Part shown: positions 30,017 through 39,919 of the stretch, in pieces
Numbering within the stretch: the first letter of the stretch is position 1
Layout of the letters: the number at the start of each line of letters is the position of its first letter
DNA from: Candidatus Aminicenantales bacterium
Lineage (GTDB): Bacteria; Acidobacteriota; Aminicenantia; Aminicenantales; UBA4085
Reading direction: 5' to 3'
Assembly (NCBI GenBank): GCA_049515535.1
Contig: JBEKTZ010000008.1
Coordinates: forward strand, 62,001 to 104,172
Length of the DNA: 42,172 nucleotides
Translations under genes and position numbers: made by a program
The notes under the pieces: model-generated
Databases searched by the model: none
What the model was told of the DNA's origin: nothing
What the model saw: only the letters and a program-made list of their open reading frames with translations

Positions 30017-31267
30017 TCAAAATTGCGTCGTCAAGAAAACGCTGAACATATTCCTCGAGCGATCGATCCCGGGCAAGGTGGAGATCCACCGGGCGGACCC
30101 CCAGGTCACCCCCACGCCGGTTTGCCGGAAAACCCTGAGAACGAGACTCGGCGCAACCGAGAGCTGATGATCGATCCTCTTGACGCTGCGCGTTTCGCTA
30201 AGGCCCTCATCCACGATAAAGGGCCGGGGATAATCCATGGTCTCATAGCTGACGGCGCATTCCAGGCGGAGGATCCGCAATAGAAAAAACACGATCCCCC
30301 CGGAATAGCCGTTCTCGAGATAAGTATCATCCGTGAAATAGGAAAAGGCGGTGTTCCGGCCATATCCCAGCCGGACGACAAAACGTCCCAAACGCATTTC
30401 CAGGGACGTATTGCCCACGATGCCGGAGTAGCTCTGTGTATCGGCCGCGCGCGGAGCGAATTTCTTATACCCGAGCGACAAGGTACCCTGGACGACTCCC
30501 AGCAGGGGAAAGCGGATGCCGGCATCGGCTTCGTAAGAGCGCGCGTCGCGGCCGGCCGCTTCGGCGTGATCGAATCGATAGTCCGTGACGCCCAGCTTGG
30601 TGAAAAAGAAACTGTCGTGAAAGATCTTGTAATAGAATTCAAAAGCGCCGCTTTTCTCGATTCGGTTGAGGGCTTCCGCCAGCGGAATCACTCCATCCCC
30701 GGTTTGGACGTCCTCATAACTCTGGTAATTCCACGTCCCGGTCAGACCAAAGAACGTCTTCCGGGCGGTCTCGTAAAAGAGACCGAATTCGTATCCCCGG
30801 GCCGTGTCCCGGCTCAACCATCCAAGCTCCGACGAAAACCGACGCCAATGAGAATCCCTGTGATAGCGCCCGAAAACAACGAATCGGGAGAGCAAAAAAA
30901 ATCTCGTTTCGAAAGCATAACTGTTGGTGAATGTTCTCCGATCGCGCTCCCGGAGATAATAATTATATTCCGGCGTGTCGCGAAAAGTGAGCAGGAGCGA
31001 TCTCCGGAAGGGAAGATAGACATTGATGTCCGAAGACAGGGTCCCCGTATAATCGGGGATCGCATTGTCGCCGAACTGCGTATTCGTGTCATAGCCGATA
31101 TTTTGGATCCGGATGAGAGGATAGATCCTGAACGGGCCGAGCGAAATCCTGGCTTTTTGCAGGATATCGTTGAGCTCGTCCTGAAAACCGCGATAAGACT
31201 GGCCGAACGAGGGAAGCGCCGCCCCCAACATGAGAATGAGGATCAGGCACCTTTTAAGGGGAGTCAT
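30017..31267 (-). CDS. Outer-membrane beta-barrel protein associated with polysaccharide export
   Basis: Signal peptide, aromatic-rich alternating strands and a C-terminal Phe (VFLTTQF); lies next to wza. Confidence 0.8.
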   Translation of the reverse strand: MTPLKRCLILILMLGAALPSFGQSYRGFQDELNDILQKARISLGPFRIYPLIRIQNIGYDTNTQFGDNAIPDYTGTLSSDINVYLPFRRSLLLTFRDTPEYNYYLRERDRRTFTNSYAFETRFFLLSRFVVFGRYHRDSHWRRFSSELGWLSRDTARGYEFGLFYETARKTFFGLTGTWNYQSYEDVQTGDGVIPLAEALNRIEKSGAFEFYYKIFHDSFFFTKLGVTDYRFDHAEAAGRDARSYEADAGIRFPLLGVVQGTLSLGYKKFAPRAADTQSYSGIVGNTSLEMRLGRFVVRLGYGRNTAFSYFTDDTYLENGYSGGIVFFLLRILRLECAVSYETMDYPRPFIVDEGLSETRSVKRIDHQLSVAPSLVLRVFRQTGVGVTWGSARWISTLPGIDRSRNMFSVFLTTQF

Positions 31268-31284
31268 GGTCGTGAAGCGAAAGT

Positions 31285-32499
31285 CTAAGCGATCGTTTTT
31301 TCCAAAGCGCCGGGCTTTTTGGAAATTCCTTTGAGAATGCTGAAAACCGGGGCTTTCTTGATCAAGGCGAGAATCACTTCGCTCTGACAGTCAAAATGGC
31401 CCTTTTCCTGGATCAAGGGGATGATCCCGTTGGTCTGGGCCAATTCGAACAACCGGATGATCTGGTCGTCGTTCAGCCGGGCGTAAATCTTCCGGGCGTA
31501 ATACCCGACAAGGATTTCCCTTTGGATCGCTTTCTTCCAGCCTCGTTCATATTCCGAGAGATCTTCCGCCCGATACGAGCCCGCCCGATGACACTTGGCC
31601 ACGAGCTCCGCCGCGATCCGGGCGCAAAGCAATCCGAAGGAAATGCCGCCTCCGGTGGTCGTCTTGACGTGACCGGCGGCTTCGCCCAGCGCGATTACCC
31701 GATCGGCATACGTCCGGGAAACCAGGCCCTGGGCGATGGGTTTGACCCGGATCTCTTCGTCGCGGAAGCATCCCGCTTGATCGGCATAGTGCCGTGAAAT
31801 CAGGCGTTGAAAACAAGCCCGCGGTTCGGATGAGGTGACCAAACCGATCCTGAGCTTTCCGGGAAGCGTTGGAACGGCCCAGGCGAAGGCTCCGGGGGCG
31901 ACGTCCTTTCCGACGAAAACCGTGGTCGTGTTCCCGTTTGGAATATCGACCTCGGCTTGCGCTCCAAGAAGATACTCGTTGGGAAAACCCAGTCCGAGCT
32001 TCTTGTTGAACTGATGCTCCACGCCGGTGGCGAGAATGGCCATCGCGGCCGCGTATTTTTTCTCTCCGCCGTCCTCGTCTTCGGCCCGGATATCGACGCC
32101 TCGATCGTTCACGGATATATCCGTCACGCGGGTGCCGCTCTCGATCGTCGCGCCTTCCATTCTCGCGGCCTCCGCCAGCCCCTGATCGAATTTCTTTCGA
32201 TCGACGATGCAGGCGAAGTCCGAAGGATGTTGATACGAGATGACGTGACCTGAGGAGGAAATGACCTTGATGTTCCGGATTTTACGGAGGATGGAATTGG
32301 TCGGAAGCGCAAAGTCCTCGAAAACGTCTTTCCCGATGATGCCCGTGCATATGACGTCGGCCCCGATCACACGTTTCTTTTCCAGGACGACGACGTCCAA
32401 CCCGCTTTGGGACAGGAGCTTGGCGACATGAAGGCCGCTTGGCCCGCCTCCGATGACTGCCGCGTCGGATTTACGCACGTTTCCCGCCGTTTCTCTCAA
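31285..32499 (-). CDS. Geranylgeranyl reductase-family FAD-dependent oxidoreductase
   Basis: IGGGPSG, ICTGII, DRKKFDQGLA, FAWAVP and GEAAGHVKTTTGGGI motifs. The start is uncertain. Confidence 0.85.
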   Translation of the reverse strand: MRETAGNVRKSDAAVIGGGPSGLHVAKLLSQSGLDVVVLEKKRVIGADVICTGIIGKDVFEDFALPTNSILRKIRNIKVISSSGHVISYQHPSDFACIVDRKKFDQGLAEAARMEGATIESGTRVTDISVNDRGVDIRAEDEDGGEKKYAAAMAILATGVEHQFNKKLGLGFPNEYLLGAQAEVDIPNGNTTTVFVGKDVAPGAFAWAVPTLPGKLRIGLVTSSEPRACFQRLISRHYADQAGCFRDEEIRVKPIAQGLVSRTYADRVIALGEAAGHVKTTTGGGISFGLLCARIAAELVAKCHRAGSYRAEDLSEYERGWKKAIQREILVGYYARKIYARLNDDQIIRLFELAQTNGIIPLIQEKGHFDCQSEVILALIKKAPVFSILKGISKKPGALEKTIA

Positions 32500-32570
32500 G
32501 GTGATTTCGGAGGGAATCCGTCCGGCGAGAGCGAAAAGTGTTCATACTATATATGGGGGCTCTTGCAAAA

Positions 32571-32599
32571 AAAATACAATATGTTGCTTTGCTTGTCAA
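32571..32599 (-). promoter_or_regulatory. Internal sigma70-type promoter upstream of the reductase/export genes
   Basis: The minus strand reads TTGACA-17 nt-TATTTT in an AT-rich spacer. Confidence 0.5.
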
Positions 32600-32699
32600 G
32601 CGATATTATTCCTTGATAGTCAACGGGCTAAATCGCTCTTCATTATAATGGGTTTCGCGATCCGGAATCAACTTTTTTCCGCGATTTTTCTGAACTTTT

Positions 32700-33317
32700 T
32701 CATATTTTATCCTGCCGGGATTCCCATTTTCCCCGAAACGTGATCCAAAAGGACAAAATGATGAGTTTCATATCGAGGCAAAAGCTCCGCTTCCGGATAT
32801 AAAAAAGATCGAAGCGGAATTTTTTCCGTCGCGGCGTATCGCCCGGCAGGTAGACTTGAGTCAATCCCGTCAGGCCGGGCCTGACGGCATGGCGTTCCCT
32901 ATAGCCGGGGATCTCGTCGATTTTCCTTTTATCGGAGTCGCCGCGGACTTCCTTCTCGTTCGGCCGAAGGGCCCGGGGACCGACAAAACTCATATCGCCT
33001 TTCCAGATGTTGAGCAATTGCGGAAGCTCGTCCATGGCCGTCGCCCTCATGGTCCGGCCGACTTTCGTGACGCGAGGGTCATGCTCGATCGCTTGGACGG
33101 GGCCGTGGTCCTTTTCGGCGTCGACGATCATCGATCGAAACTTCATGGCCTTGAAGATCCGGCCGACTTTCCCGACCCGCTCCTGCTTGTAAAAAATCGG
33201 ACCGTGATCTTCAAGCCAAATGAGCAGGGCCAGGAGAAGCCAGAGCGGCGAGGAAAGCAAAATGCCCATCGAGGAGAGAGCGATATCGAACGGCCTCTTG
33301 AGAAACAACGCTTTCAT
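32700..33317 (-). CDS. Priming sugar transferase (polyprenyl glycosylphosphotransferase, Bac_transf)
   Basis: KRPFDI, KFRSM, DPRVTKVG, DELPQLLNI..GDMSFVGPR and RPGLTG motifs. Confidence 0.93.
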   Translation of the reverse strand: MKALFLKRPFDIALSSMGILLSSPLWLLLALLIWLEDHGPIFYKQERVGKVGRIFKAMKFRSMIVDAEKDHGPVQAIEHDPRVTKVGRTMRATAMDELPQLLNIWKGDMSFVGPRALRPNEKEVRGDSDKRKIDEIPGYRERHAVRPGLTGLTQVYLPGDTPRRKKFRFDLFYIRKRSFCLDMKLIILSFWITFRGKWESRQDKI

Positions 33318-33342
33318 GATTTCGATCCTCAAAACATCTCGA

Positions 33343-34554
33343 TCACGACATGGACGACATGAGATCCTCATATCTCTTCAAGACGAAGTCCCGCGAAAAA
33401 TGGTTCAGAGCGTAGGCTCTGCCGCTGGCGCCCATGGCGGCCCGGGAGGTCGGGTCGTTTTTGAGAGAACGGACCGCCTCGGCGATCAGCCGCGGGTCGT
33501 AGGAGGGAACGCAGATTCCGCACCGTGTATCGCCGATCAGTTTGAAGACCTCGGAATCGGGATGGGCCAGTCCGAGGATAGGTCGTCCGGCGGCCATGTA
33601 GTTATAGACTTTCGATGGGACGGACAGCAGCGATTTCTCCTTGTCCAACGGAACCAGCAGGACATCGGCGGAAGCCATCGAGGAGGGCAGGTCCGCGTAA
33701 GGCAGGAAAGGCAGGAAGACGACGTTCGGCAGGCCGAAATGTTCGGCCTGGGCCTTGAGATCATTCGCTTTGAATCCGTCGCCCACGACGACGAACAGGA
33801 TTTCCGGATCGTCCTTCAAGAAAGACGCCGTTTCCAGAATTTTAACCAGGGTCGCATAACTGCTGATGCTGATAATGCCGGAATACATCAAAACGAACTT
33901 CTTTGAAAACCCGTATCTCGTCGAAACCGGGTTTTCCTTGGGCAGGGGTTTCAAAAAATCCGTGTCCACCCAGTTCGGAATGACCGTGATCGTCTCCGGC
34001 GGAACCCCCTTGGCTTCCAGGTTCTTTTTAAAACCGTCGCTGATGACGACGATGTTCTCGTGGCGGTCATAAATCCATTTCTCGAAGGCGAGGGCCGCCT
34101 TGATGATGAAAGGGTTCTTAAGAAGTCCCGACTCAATGGAAAGGTCGGGATGGATATCCTGGACGTTCAGCATGACCCGAGCCCCGCGAAGAATCCTGGC
34201 CAGCGCTCCCGTCACTCCGAGCTGAAGGGGCGGCAGCCGAAGAAAAACGACGTCGCCGCGGCGCACTTTGACCAGGCGGAGCATGGAATAGAGCGTGTAA
34301 ATCGACCAGGCGATCAAGCGGCCGAAGTGATGACGGGTGAAATTCGTCAGGATTCTCCTGGCGATGAAACCCTCCCGCGATTCACTGACGAACAGCCGCC
34401 CTTCGTAGCCTTTATTATGGGGGGTCCGGGGCAAAGTCGTCACGACTTCGACGGTGTGTCCCTGCCGGCTCAAGTAGGCGGCCAACTCATTCATGAGAAT
34501 CGGGGCGCTGCCGAACTCGGGCAGGAAATACATGGTATGAATATGGATGTTCAT
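33343..34554 (-). CDS. Glycosyltransferase family 4 (WcaI/WbuB-like)
   Basis: YFLPEFGS, VQDIHPD, VIPNWVD and PSKVYNYMAAGRPI motifs. Confidence 0.92.
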   Translation of the reverse strand: MNIHIHTMYFLPEFGSAPILMNELAAYLSRQGHTVEVVTTLPRTPHNKGYEGRLFVSESREGFIARRILTNFTRHHFGRLIAWSIYTLYSMLRLVKVRRGDVVFLRLPPLQLGVTGALARILRGARVMLNVQDIHPDLSIESGLLKNPFIIKAALAFEKWIYDRHENIVVISDGFKKNLEAKGVPPETITVIPNWVDTDFLKPLPKENPVSTRYGFSKKFVLMYSGIISISSYATLVKILETASFLKDDPEILFVVVGDGFKANDLKAQAEHFGLPNVVFLPFLPYADLPSSMASADVLLVPLDKEKSLLSVPSKVYNYMAAGRPILGLAHPDSEVFKLIGDTRCGICVPSYDPRLIAEAVRSLKNDPTSRAAMGASGRAYALNHFSRDFVLKRYEDLMSSMS

Positions 34555-35786
34555 GCATCCTCCGCGAGCACGCCGACGCCCCCGGGAGTTCGCCCGGTGA
34601 AGAGCGAGATGAAGGCCATGGCCGGGATGATCAAGAGGAGATCGACGCCATAAAACGCCGCGGTGGATTCGAAAAAAGTCCGCGACGACAAGAACGCGAC
34701 GATCATGATCGATTCCATCAACACGGCTTGATCACTTCCCCGGAGCTCCCGGCATTGCCGGAATATATTCGACCGGAACATGATGAACCAGAAACTCAAG
34801 ATGGCGGCCAGGAAAAAGAGGGCGCCCACGACGCCGACTTGGAGGAGGGCATGAAGGTAGGAATTGTGGACGTGCTCCCCGCTGAACATGATGCGGTCCG
34901 CGTAGAATCCCCAGCCCAAGTACGGAGATTCCTTGATCATATTCCAGCTTTTGATCCAAGTAGCTTCGCGTCCAGTCAGAGATAGAAGGGCGTCCAAATG
35001 GCCTCCCGCCCGAACCTGATAGCCGGCCGTGAACAGGATAAAAGCCACGACCGGACCCGCGAACAGAAATCTCCAGTTCAAGCCTCTCAGAAAAATAAAA
35101 AGGACGCTCGCGACCGCCAGGCCTAGAAGGGAGGTTCGGGACTGCGTCTGAGCCAAAAGAAACAGGGCGGGAGTCAGGGGGATGACCCAGACATAACGAC
35201 GCCGCCGCTGATCCGTCAGAATCCGGACCGCCGAGACGATGATGACGATCAAGGCATACCGCCCGACGCCGTTCCGGTTCACTTGTCCGAAACCGAAGGG
35301 AAGATCATACACGGTCGTGAAACTGGCAAAACCCCGGCCGATTCTGTAAGCGCTCGGAAGCATAGCAAAGGTCAAAAAGAAAAAAATAGCGTAATTCACA
35401 TAAATCACGTTGCGAAGGATCGTCCGATAATTTTCGTTATCATGAACGCACCAGATCACGAACAGCGGCGCGAGAAAAATAGCCGCGTTGTAAAGCGCGT
35501 AGTCCTGGCTGACCGAAAGAAAAAACGACGTGAGCATTCCCAGCAAGCCGTAGAGGAAAAAGAATCCGAGCGGATCCTTGGCAAAAGGGAACTTGGATCG
35601 GTCCTTCAAATACCAAAGGAAACAGAGGAAAATCGCCAAGAGAGGAAAAAGGGCCCGGGCCGCCTGAAAAATTTGCATCGTCGTAATCGCCGTATTCGAC
35701 GCATTGGCCAGATAATAATAGAAGTTTTGCCACCCCGTGAACATGCCGCCCCAGACGAGCAGCCAGAGAAAAATGGAATACATCAT
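34551..35786 (-). CDS. O-antigen ligase / Wzy-type polymerase family membrane protein
   Basis: Polytopic; TQSRT, LTGREATW, PYLGWGF and HVHNSYL motifs. Confidence 0.85.
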   Translation of the reverse strand: MMYSIFLWLLVWGGMFTGWQNFYYYLANASNTAITTMQIFQAARALFPLLAIFLCFLWYLKDRSKFPFAKDPLGFFFLYGLLGMLTSFFLSVSQDYALYNAAIFLAPLFVIWCVHDNENYRTILRNVIYVNYAIFFFLTFAMLPSAYRIGRGFASFTTVYDLPFGFGQVNRNGVGRYALIVIIVSAVRILTDQRRRRYVWVIPLTPALFLLAQTQSRTSLLGLAVASVLFIFLRGLNWRFLFAGPVVAFILFTAGYQVRAGGHLDALLSLTGREATWIKSWNMIKESPYLGWGFYADRIMFSGEHVHNSYLHALLQVGVVGALFFLAAILSFWFIMFRSNIFRQCRELRGSDQAVLMESIMIVAFLSSRTFFESTAAFYGVDLLLIIPAMAFISLFTGRTPGGVGVLAEDA

Positions 35787-35857
35787 CTTCGTTCTCGAGG
35801 CGAGGCCCTCATTGGAAATCTTTTAATTTCAAATCCAGGGGTATCTTCATCAGATAT

Positions 35858-35866
35858 GCTACCGCC
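35858..35866 (-). promoter_or_regulatory. ops-like element (GGCGGTAGC) in the leader of the polysaccharide operon
   Basis: Exact match to the ops core, about 70 nt upstream of ATG 35786, on the sense strand within an AT-rich leader. Confidence 0.5.
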
Positions 35867-36079
35867 GATGGGATTTAAAATCCGATCTTAAGAATGATTT
35901 TACTTGAACTAACAAATATTGTCACATGATGGACAAATATTGTTGTTCTTTCATTTTTTACTATTCCGAAGCCATGATAAACACGGGCAAGAGAGCGGAC
36001 AATCGCCTGATAAGATGAATGAAGGGGTGATTTTGATTTGTCCGGTCTCACCTGAAGAGGTGAGTCCATTCGCGGCGTC

Positions 36080-37150
36080 TTATTTTTTTTGGGCGATCAG
36101 CACGATTTCTTCGCCGAAGGGCCCGACAGCGGCCAATGCTCTCTCTAATAAAGAGAAAAGCCGGCTTTCCCACTTGTCCAGCCGCCGCTCCCCTTTCGCT
36201 CTTCCTTCGAAGGGCAGCGTTCCGCGCCGGAGAGAGCGGCTGGCCCGCCAAATATATTGGCTCCCCGTCGCGGTGGTCCGGGCGATATCGATCTTCAGTT
36301 CCATCGATCGAAACGCCGCTTTCAAAGTGCTCATGGAAAAAAGAAAGAAATGCCGCGGCGGTTCAAGGCCACGCCATGCGCGACCGAAGACGCGATGTCC
36401 CAGGCTCTCGACATTGGGCGTCACGATCACCAGTTCCCCGCCCTTCCGGAGCAAGCGGGCGCATTCTCCGAGCGTCCGAACGGGATTTTCAAGATGCTCG
36501 ATCACGTTGTTCATCGCGATCGCGTCGAATGAGGCGGCTTCAAGATAAGCCTCCTCGATAGGATCCCGAAGGACATCCAGCCCGAAGCGCCGCCGCGCCG
36601 TCCCATTCGCGACGGGGTCAGGCTCGATGCCGACGACATCCCAGCCTCGGGCTTGCATACAGCGCAAAAATTCCCCATTCCCGCATCCGATTTCCAGCAG
36701 CCGGCCCCGCGGCTTTTTCCTGAGCCAAAGGACTTCGCGCCCGGCGCGTTCCCGGAACGACGGGATGGAGGATAGAAACCAGCCCATCGCGGCCGCGGTT
36801 TTTGTGAGGTTCCGAGGCGCGTATCCAAAGCGGACGGCCAATATCGCCTTCCTTCCCGATCTTCGCAGCGAAGCCGGGCCGGCCCGAGGAGGCGTCTGAG
36901 GGACCTCCGCGGCATGGGTATGATAATGCTCATAGAGCTTTTCCATGTCTTCGGGGATCGGCCGCGGATTCAGCCAGAACAGGCCGCAGGCCGGACATCG
37001 AAGCCAATTCCACTCGCCCGGGACGCCGTACAGCTTATCGACGAGTCTTTCATAATAAGGAACGCCGGGAGCTTCACAGAGCAAGCAGAGAGCGATGCCC
37101 CGGGTCCGGATTCCGGCCCCGCTTTTCCCGCTTCCGTTCGTTTCTTCCAT
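36080..37150 (-). CDS. Class I SAM-dependent methyltransferase with an N-terminal Zn-ribbon
   Basis: CLLC..CPACG, LLEIGCGNG, NVIEHL and PPRHFFLF motifs; likely start MEETNG at 37150. Confidence 0.88.
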   Translation of the reverse strand: MEETNGSGKSGAGIRTRGIALCLLCEAPGVPYYERLVDKLYGVPGEWNWLRCPACGLFWLNPRPIPEDMEKLYEHYHTHAAEVPQTPPRAGPASLRRSGRKAILAVRFGYAPRNLTKTAAAMGWFLSSIPSFRERAGREVLWLRKKPRGRLLEIGCGNGEFLRCMQARGWDVVGIEPDPVANGTARRRFGLDVLRDPIEEAYLEAASFDAIAMNNVIEHLENPVRTLGECARLLRKGGELVIVTPNVESLGHRVFGRAWRGLEPPRHFFLFSMSTLKAAFRSMELKIDIARTTATGSQYIWRASRSLRRGTLPFEGRAKGERRLDKWESRLFSLLERALAAVGPFGEEIVLIAQKK

Positions 37151-37276
37151 TTGTCCGCTTTCTTCGGAAGGCGATATTCTCCGGCCTCCGCATCGAAACA
37201 AGCCTTCTTCGCTTTTTATATCAGAGTGCGCGAAAACAAGTCAACTTGGAGGGGAAGACCCCTTCCAACGGGCGCA

Positions 37277-37429
37277 CCGTTTTGTACTCTAGGGTACAAA
37301 ACGGCGCCGCCCTGCCTCCCCTTCTCGGGCGGGGCATGAAACCCCGCCCTGCGACCAAGGGGGCGACTCCCCCTTGGATTCCTCTCGAGCGGCTCCCAGT
37401 GGCAAGCCACGGGGCATAATCGCCGCTCG
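37277..37429. repeat. Cluster of four consecutive hairpins between divergent genes
   Basis: CCGTTTTGTAC/GTACAAAACGG (37277-37304); GGGCGGGG/CCCCGCCC (37327-37349); CCAAGGGGG/CCCCCTTGG (37355-37377); CGAGCGGC/GCCGCTCG enclosing CCCAGTGGCAAGCCACGGGG (37386-37429). Confidence 0.8.
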
Positions 37430-37471
37430 TCAATTTGACCGGAAAACGGGACCTGGTGGCCAGGAGGGCTG

Positions 37472-37500
37472 TTGAATAATCGGGGGAATCATTGTAGACT
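37472..37500 (+). promoter_or_regulatory. Sigma70-type promoter of thiC
   Basis: TTGAAT-17 nt-TAGACT, ending 13 nt before ATG 37514. Confidence 0.5.
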
Positions 37501-37513
37501 AAACATCCAGACA

Positions 37514-38830
37514 ATGGAAATGACGCAGCTCAAACTTGCGAGAAAGGGAATGATATCGCCGGCGCTCAGAAAAGCGGCCCGCGAGGAAGGCCTGCCTCTC
37601 GATGGGCTCCAAGCCCTCGTCGCTTCCGGGCAGGCCGTCATTCCTTTCAACTCCCGCCACCCGCGGCTCCGGCCGACGGCTATCGGCCGGAGATTGCGGA
37701 CGAAAATCAACGTCAACATCGGCACGTCGCGCGATTTCCCCAGCCTCAAGGAAGAGCTCGGGAAGGCCGCAGTCGCCCTGAAATTCGGAACGGATGCGAT
37801 CATGGACCTGAGCACGGGCGGCGACCTCGTGAAAATCAGGCGGGCCATCCTCGCTAAAGCGCCGGTTCCGCTGGGAACCGTTCCGATCTATCAAGCGGCG
37901 ATCGAAGCCATCGAAAAACAGGGCTCGATCGTGGCCATGTCCGTGGACGCTCTTTTCGCCGTGATCGAAGCCCAAGCCCGGGAAGGCGTGGACTTCATGA
38001 CCGTCCACTGCGGATTGACTCTGAAGGCCATCGAGCGTCTGAAAAACCAAGGCCGGGTGGCCGATATCGTCTCGCGCGGCGGCGCTTTTCATCTCGCCTG
38101 GAGCCTTCACCACGGCAAAGAGAATCCCCTCTATGAGCATTTCGATCGCCTCCTGGAAATCGCCCGGGCCTACGACATCACCTTGAGCCTCGGCGACGGC
38201 CTCCGGCCCGGTTCGGTCCTCGACGCCACGGACAGGCCCCAGCTCGAAGAGCTGCTGACGCTGGGCGAGCTCGTCAAGAGAGCCTGGGAGCGGGACGTCC
38301 AAGTCATGGTCGAAGGACCCGGTCACGTTCCCCTGGACCAGGTGGAGATGAACGTCAAGCTCCAGAAACGCGTCTGCCAAGGGGCGCCGTTTTATGTTCT
38401 GGGCCCCTTGGTCACGGACATCGGCGCCGGCTATGACCATATCGTGGCCGCCATCGGCGGCGCCCTCGCAGCCGCCGCGGGGGCCGATTTTCTGTGCTAT
38501 GTCACACCGGCCGAACATCTTGGCCTTCCTTCGGCAGACGATGTCCGGGAAGGCCTGATCGCAGCCAGAATCGCCGGACATGCCGCGGATATCGTCAAAG
38601 GCGTGCCGGGCGCGCTCGAAAGGGACCTGAAACTTTCTCGAGCCAGAAAAAAACTGGACTGGGAGGGCCAAAGGCGCCTGGCCATCGACCCTTATAAATT
38701 TGCCGAAATCCGGAACAAAAGACGGTCGAAGACGGAAGCCTGCTCCATGTGCGGCGATTACTGCGCCATGCGTCTTGTTTCCGAGTTCCTGAACTCCGAA
38801 GGAGAACCGGATGCCTTCCGTTGTCAGTAA
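37514..38830 (+). CDS. thiC: Phosphomethylpyrimidine synthase (short ThiC type)
   Basis: [52 protein letters not shown] and C-terminal CSMCGDYC. A BzaA/B/F paralog is not excluded. Confidence 0.9.
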   Translation: MEMTQLKLARKGMISPALRKAAREEGLPLDGLQALVASGQAVIPFNSRHPRLRPTAIGRRLRTKINVNIGTSRDFPSLKEELGKAAVALKFGTDAIMDLSTGGDLVKIRRAILAKAPVPLGTVPIYQAAIEAIEKQGSIVAMSVDALFAVIEAQAREGVDFMTVHCGLTLKAIERLKNQGRVADIVSRGGAFHLAWSLHHGKENPLYEHFDRLLEIARAYDITLSLGDGLRPGSVLDATDRPQLEELLTLGELVKRAWERDVQVMVEGPGHVPLDQVEMNVKLQKRVCQGAPFYVLGPLVTDIGAGYDHIVAAIGGALAAAAGADFLCYVTPAEHLGLPSADDVREGLIAARIAGHAADIVKGVPGALERDLKLSRARKKLDWEGQRRLAIDPYKFAEIRNKRRSKTEACSMCGDYCAMRLVSEFLNSEGEPDAFRCQ

Positions 38831-39662
38831 GCTCCGGTTCGGGACGGCCGGCGTGCCGGATTCCTCGCCCCAGACCTCCTCGATCTCGGCCATCCAACAT
38901 CTTCACGAGATGAGGTTGGACAGCCTGGAGATCGAATTCGTCCACGGAGTCAAGCTCGGGACCGAAACCGCGATAAAAATCAAGGAAAAGGCCGCCGCCC
39001 TCGACATCGGTCTCAGCGCCCACGCCCCCTATTACGTCAACCTGAATTCCCCTGAACACGGCAAGCGTCTCCAGAGTCAGGATCATCTTCTGCGCGCCGC
39101 CCGCGCCGCGGCGCTATGCGGCGCGAAATGCGTCGTCTTCCACGCCGGCTATTATGGATTGTCCTCCCCGGAAAAAGCTTACGTCGTCATCCAAAAAGAA
39201 TTGGCTGAGGTCATTTCCGTTCTCCGGTCCGAAAGGAATCCGGTCGTCTTACGCATCGAAACCATGGGAAAATCATCCCAATTCGGCACGTTCGACGAAG
39301 TCCTGTCTCTCTGCCGGGACGTGGAAGATCTCCAGCCCTGCCTTGATTTTTCCCACATTCACGCCCGCGAAGGCAAAATCAACACATACCTGGAATTCCA
39401 TCGCATCCTGAAAAAAACGGAGAAAAGATTGGGCCGGGCATCCCTGAAAAATATCCACATCCACATTTCCGGCATCGAATATGGCCATAAAGGCGAAATC
39501 AAACACCTGAACCTGTCCGACTCCGACTTCCATTTCGACGAATGGATCCGGGCTCTGAAGGACCTTGACGTCGAAGGGACCGTGATATGCGAAAGTCCCA
39601 GCCGGGAGACGGATGCCTTCCTGCTCAAAAAACTCTATTGGTCCTACCAACAAAAAGCCTGA
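38811..39662 (+). CDS. Endonuclease IV-like AP endonuclease family 2 TIM-barrel protein
   Basis: [41 protein letters not shown] and ICESP motifs. Confidence 0.88.
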   Translation: MPSVVSKLRFGTAGVPDSSPQTSSISAIQHLHEMRLDSLEIEFVHGVKLGTETAIKIKEKAAALDIGLSAHAPYYVNLNSPEHGKRLQSQDHLLRAARAAALCGAKCVVFHAGYYGLSSPEKAYVVIQKELAEVISVLRSERNPVVLRIETMGKSSQFGTFDEVLSLCRDVEDLQPCLDFSHIHAREGKINTYLEFHRILKKTEKRLGRASLKNIHIHISGIEYGHKGEIKHLNLSDSDFHFDEWIRALKDLDVEGTVICESPSRETDAFLLKKLYWSYQQKA

Positions 39663-39681
39663 GCCCGATTTCTTCGGACCA

Positions 39682-39747
39682 TCAAAGGACGAGCCTTCGC
39701 GGCAGAAGTGGACCCCCGAGCAAAGCCCGGGGCCCCGGCCGCCGTGG
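39682..39747 (+). repeat. 66 bp palindromic repeat, copy C (19 nt after the endonuclease stop)
   Basis: TCAAAGGACGAGCCTTCGCGGCAGAAGTGGACCCCCGAGCAAAGCCCGGGGCCCCGGCCGCCGTGG. Confidence 0.95.
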
Positions 39748-39804
39748 ACATGGAAGAGCCCCTTCCGGGAAAATGAAAATCGGCCCCGGAACGGGCTCTG
39801 CACC

Positions 39805-39833
39805 TTGACAGCCCGCGTCCTACGTCCTAAACT
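39805..39833 (+). promoter_or_regulatory. Sigma70-type promoter of the por operon
   Basis: TTGACA-17 nt-TAAACT. Confidence 0.65.
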
Positions 39834-39919
39834 AGTTCACTAAAGGCGGTCTCTCCCGGATCGTCCTTTAAATCCGCGGTCCATGTTTTAATGGCAATCT
39901 TATCATAAGAGGAGTCCCA

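Noticed and set aside
29862..30089. N-terminal extension of wza running through repeat copy B
   Set aside because: A good RBS and signal peptide begin at 29861, so the repeat is treated as intergenic. The extension only shows that the element is open in that frame.
37200..37513. TPP riboswitch upstream of thiC
   Set aside because: The conserved aptamer motifs were not found, and the candidate promoter leaves no room for one.
3741..39747. The repeat copies as a CRISPR array, tRNA or SRP RNA
   Set aside because: The copies are dispersed kilobases apart with no spacers or cas genes, and show no cloverleaf/T-loop or SRP domain IV motif.
39756..39798. Imperfect inverted repeat GAGCCCCTTCCGGG...CCCGGAACGGGCTC as an intrinsic terminator
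   Set aside because: It has a long loop and no following T-tract, so a terminator call cannot be supported.
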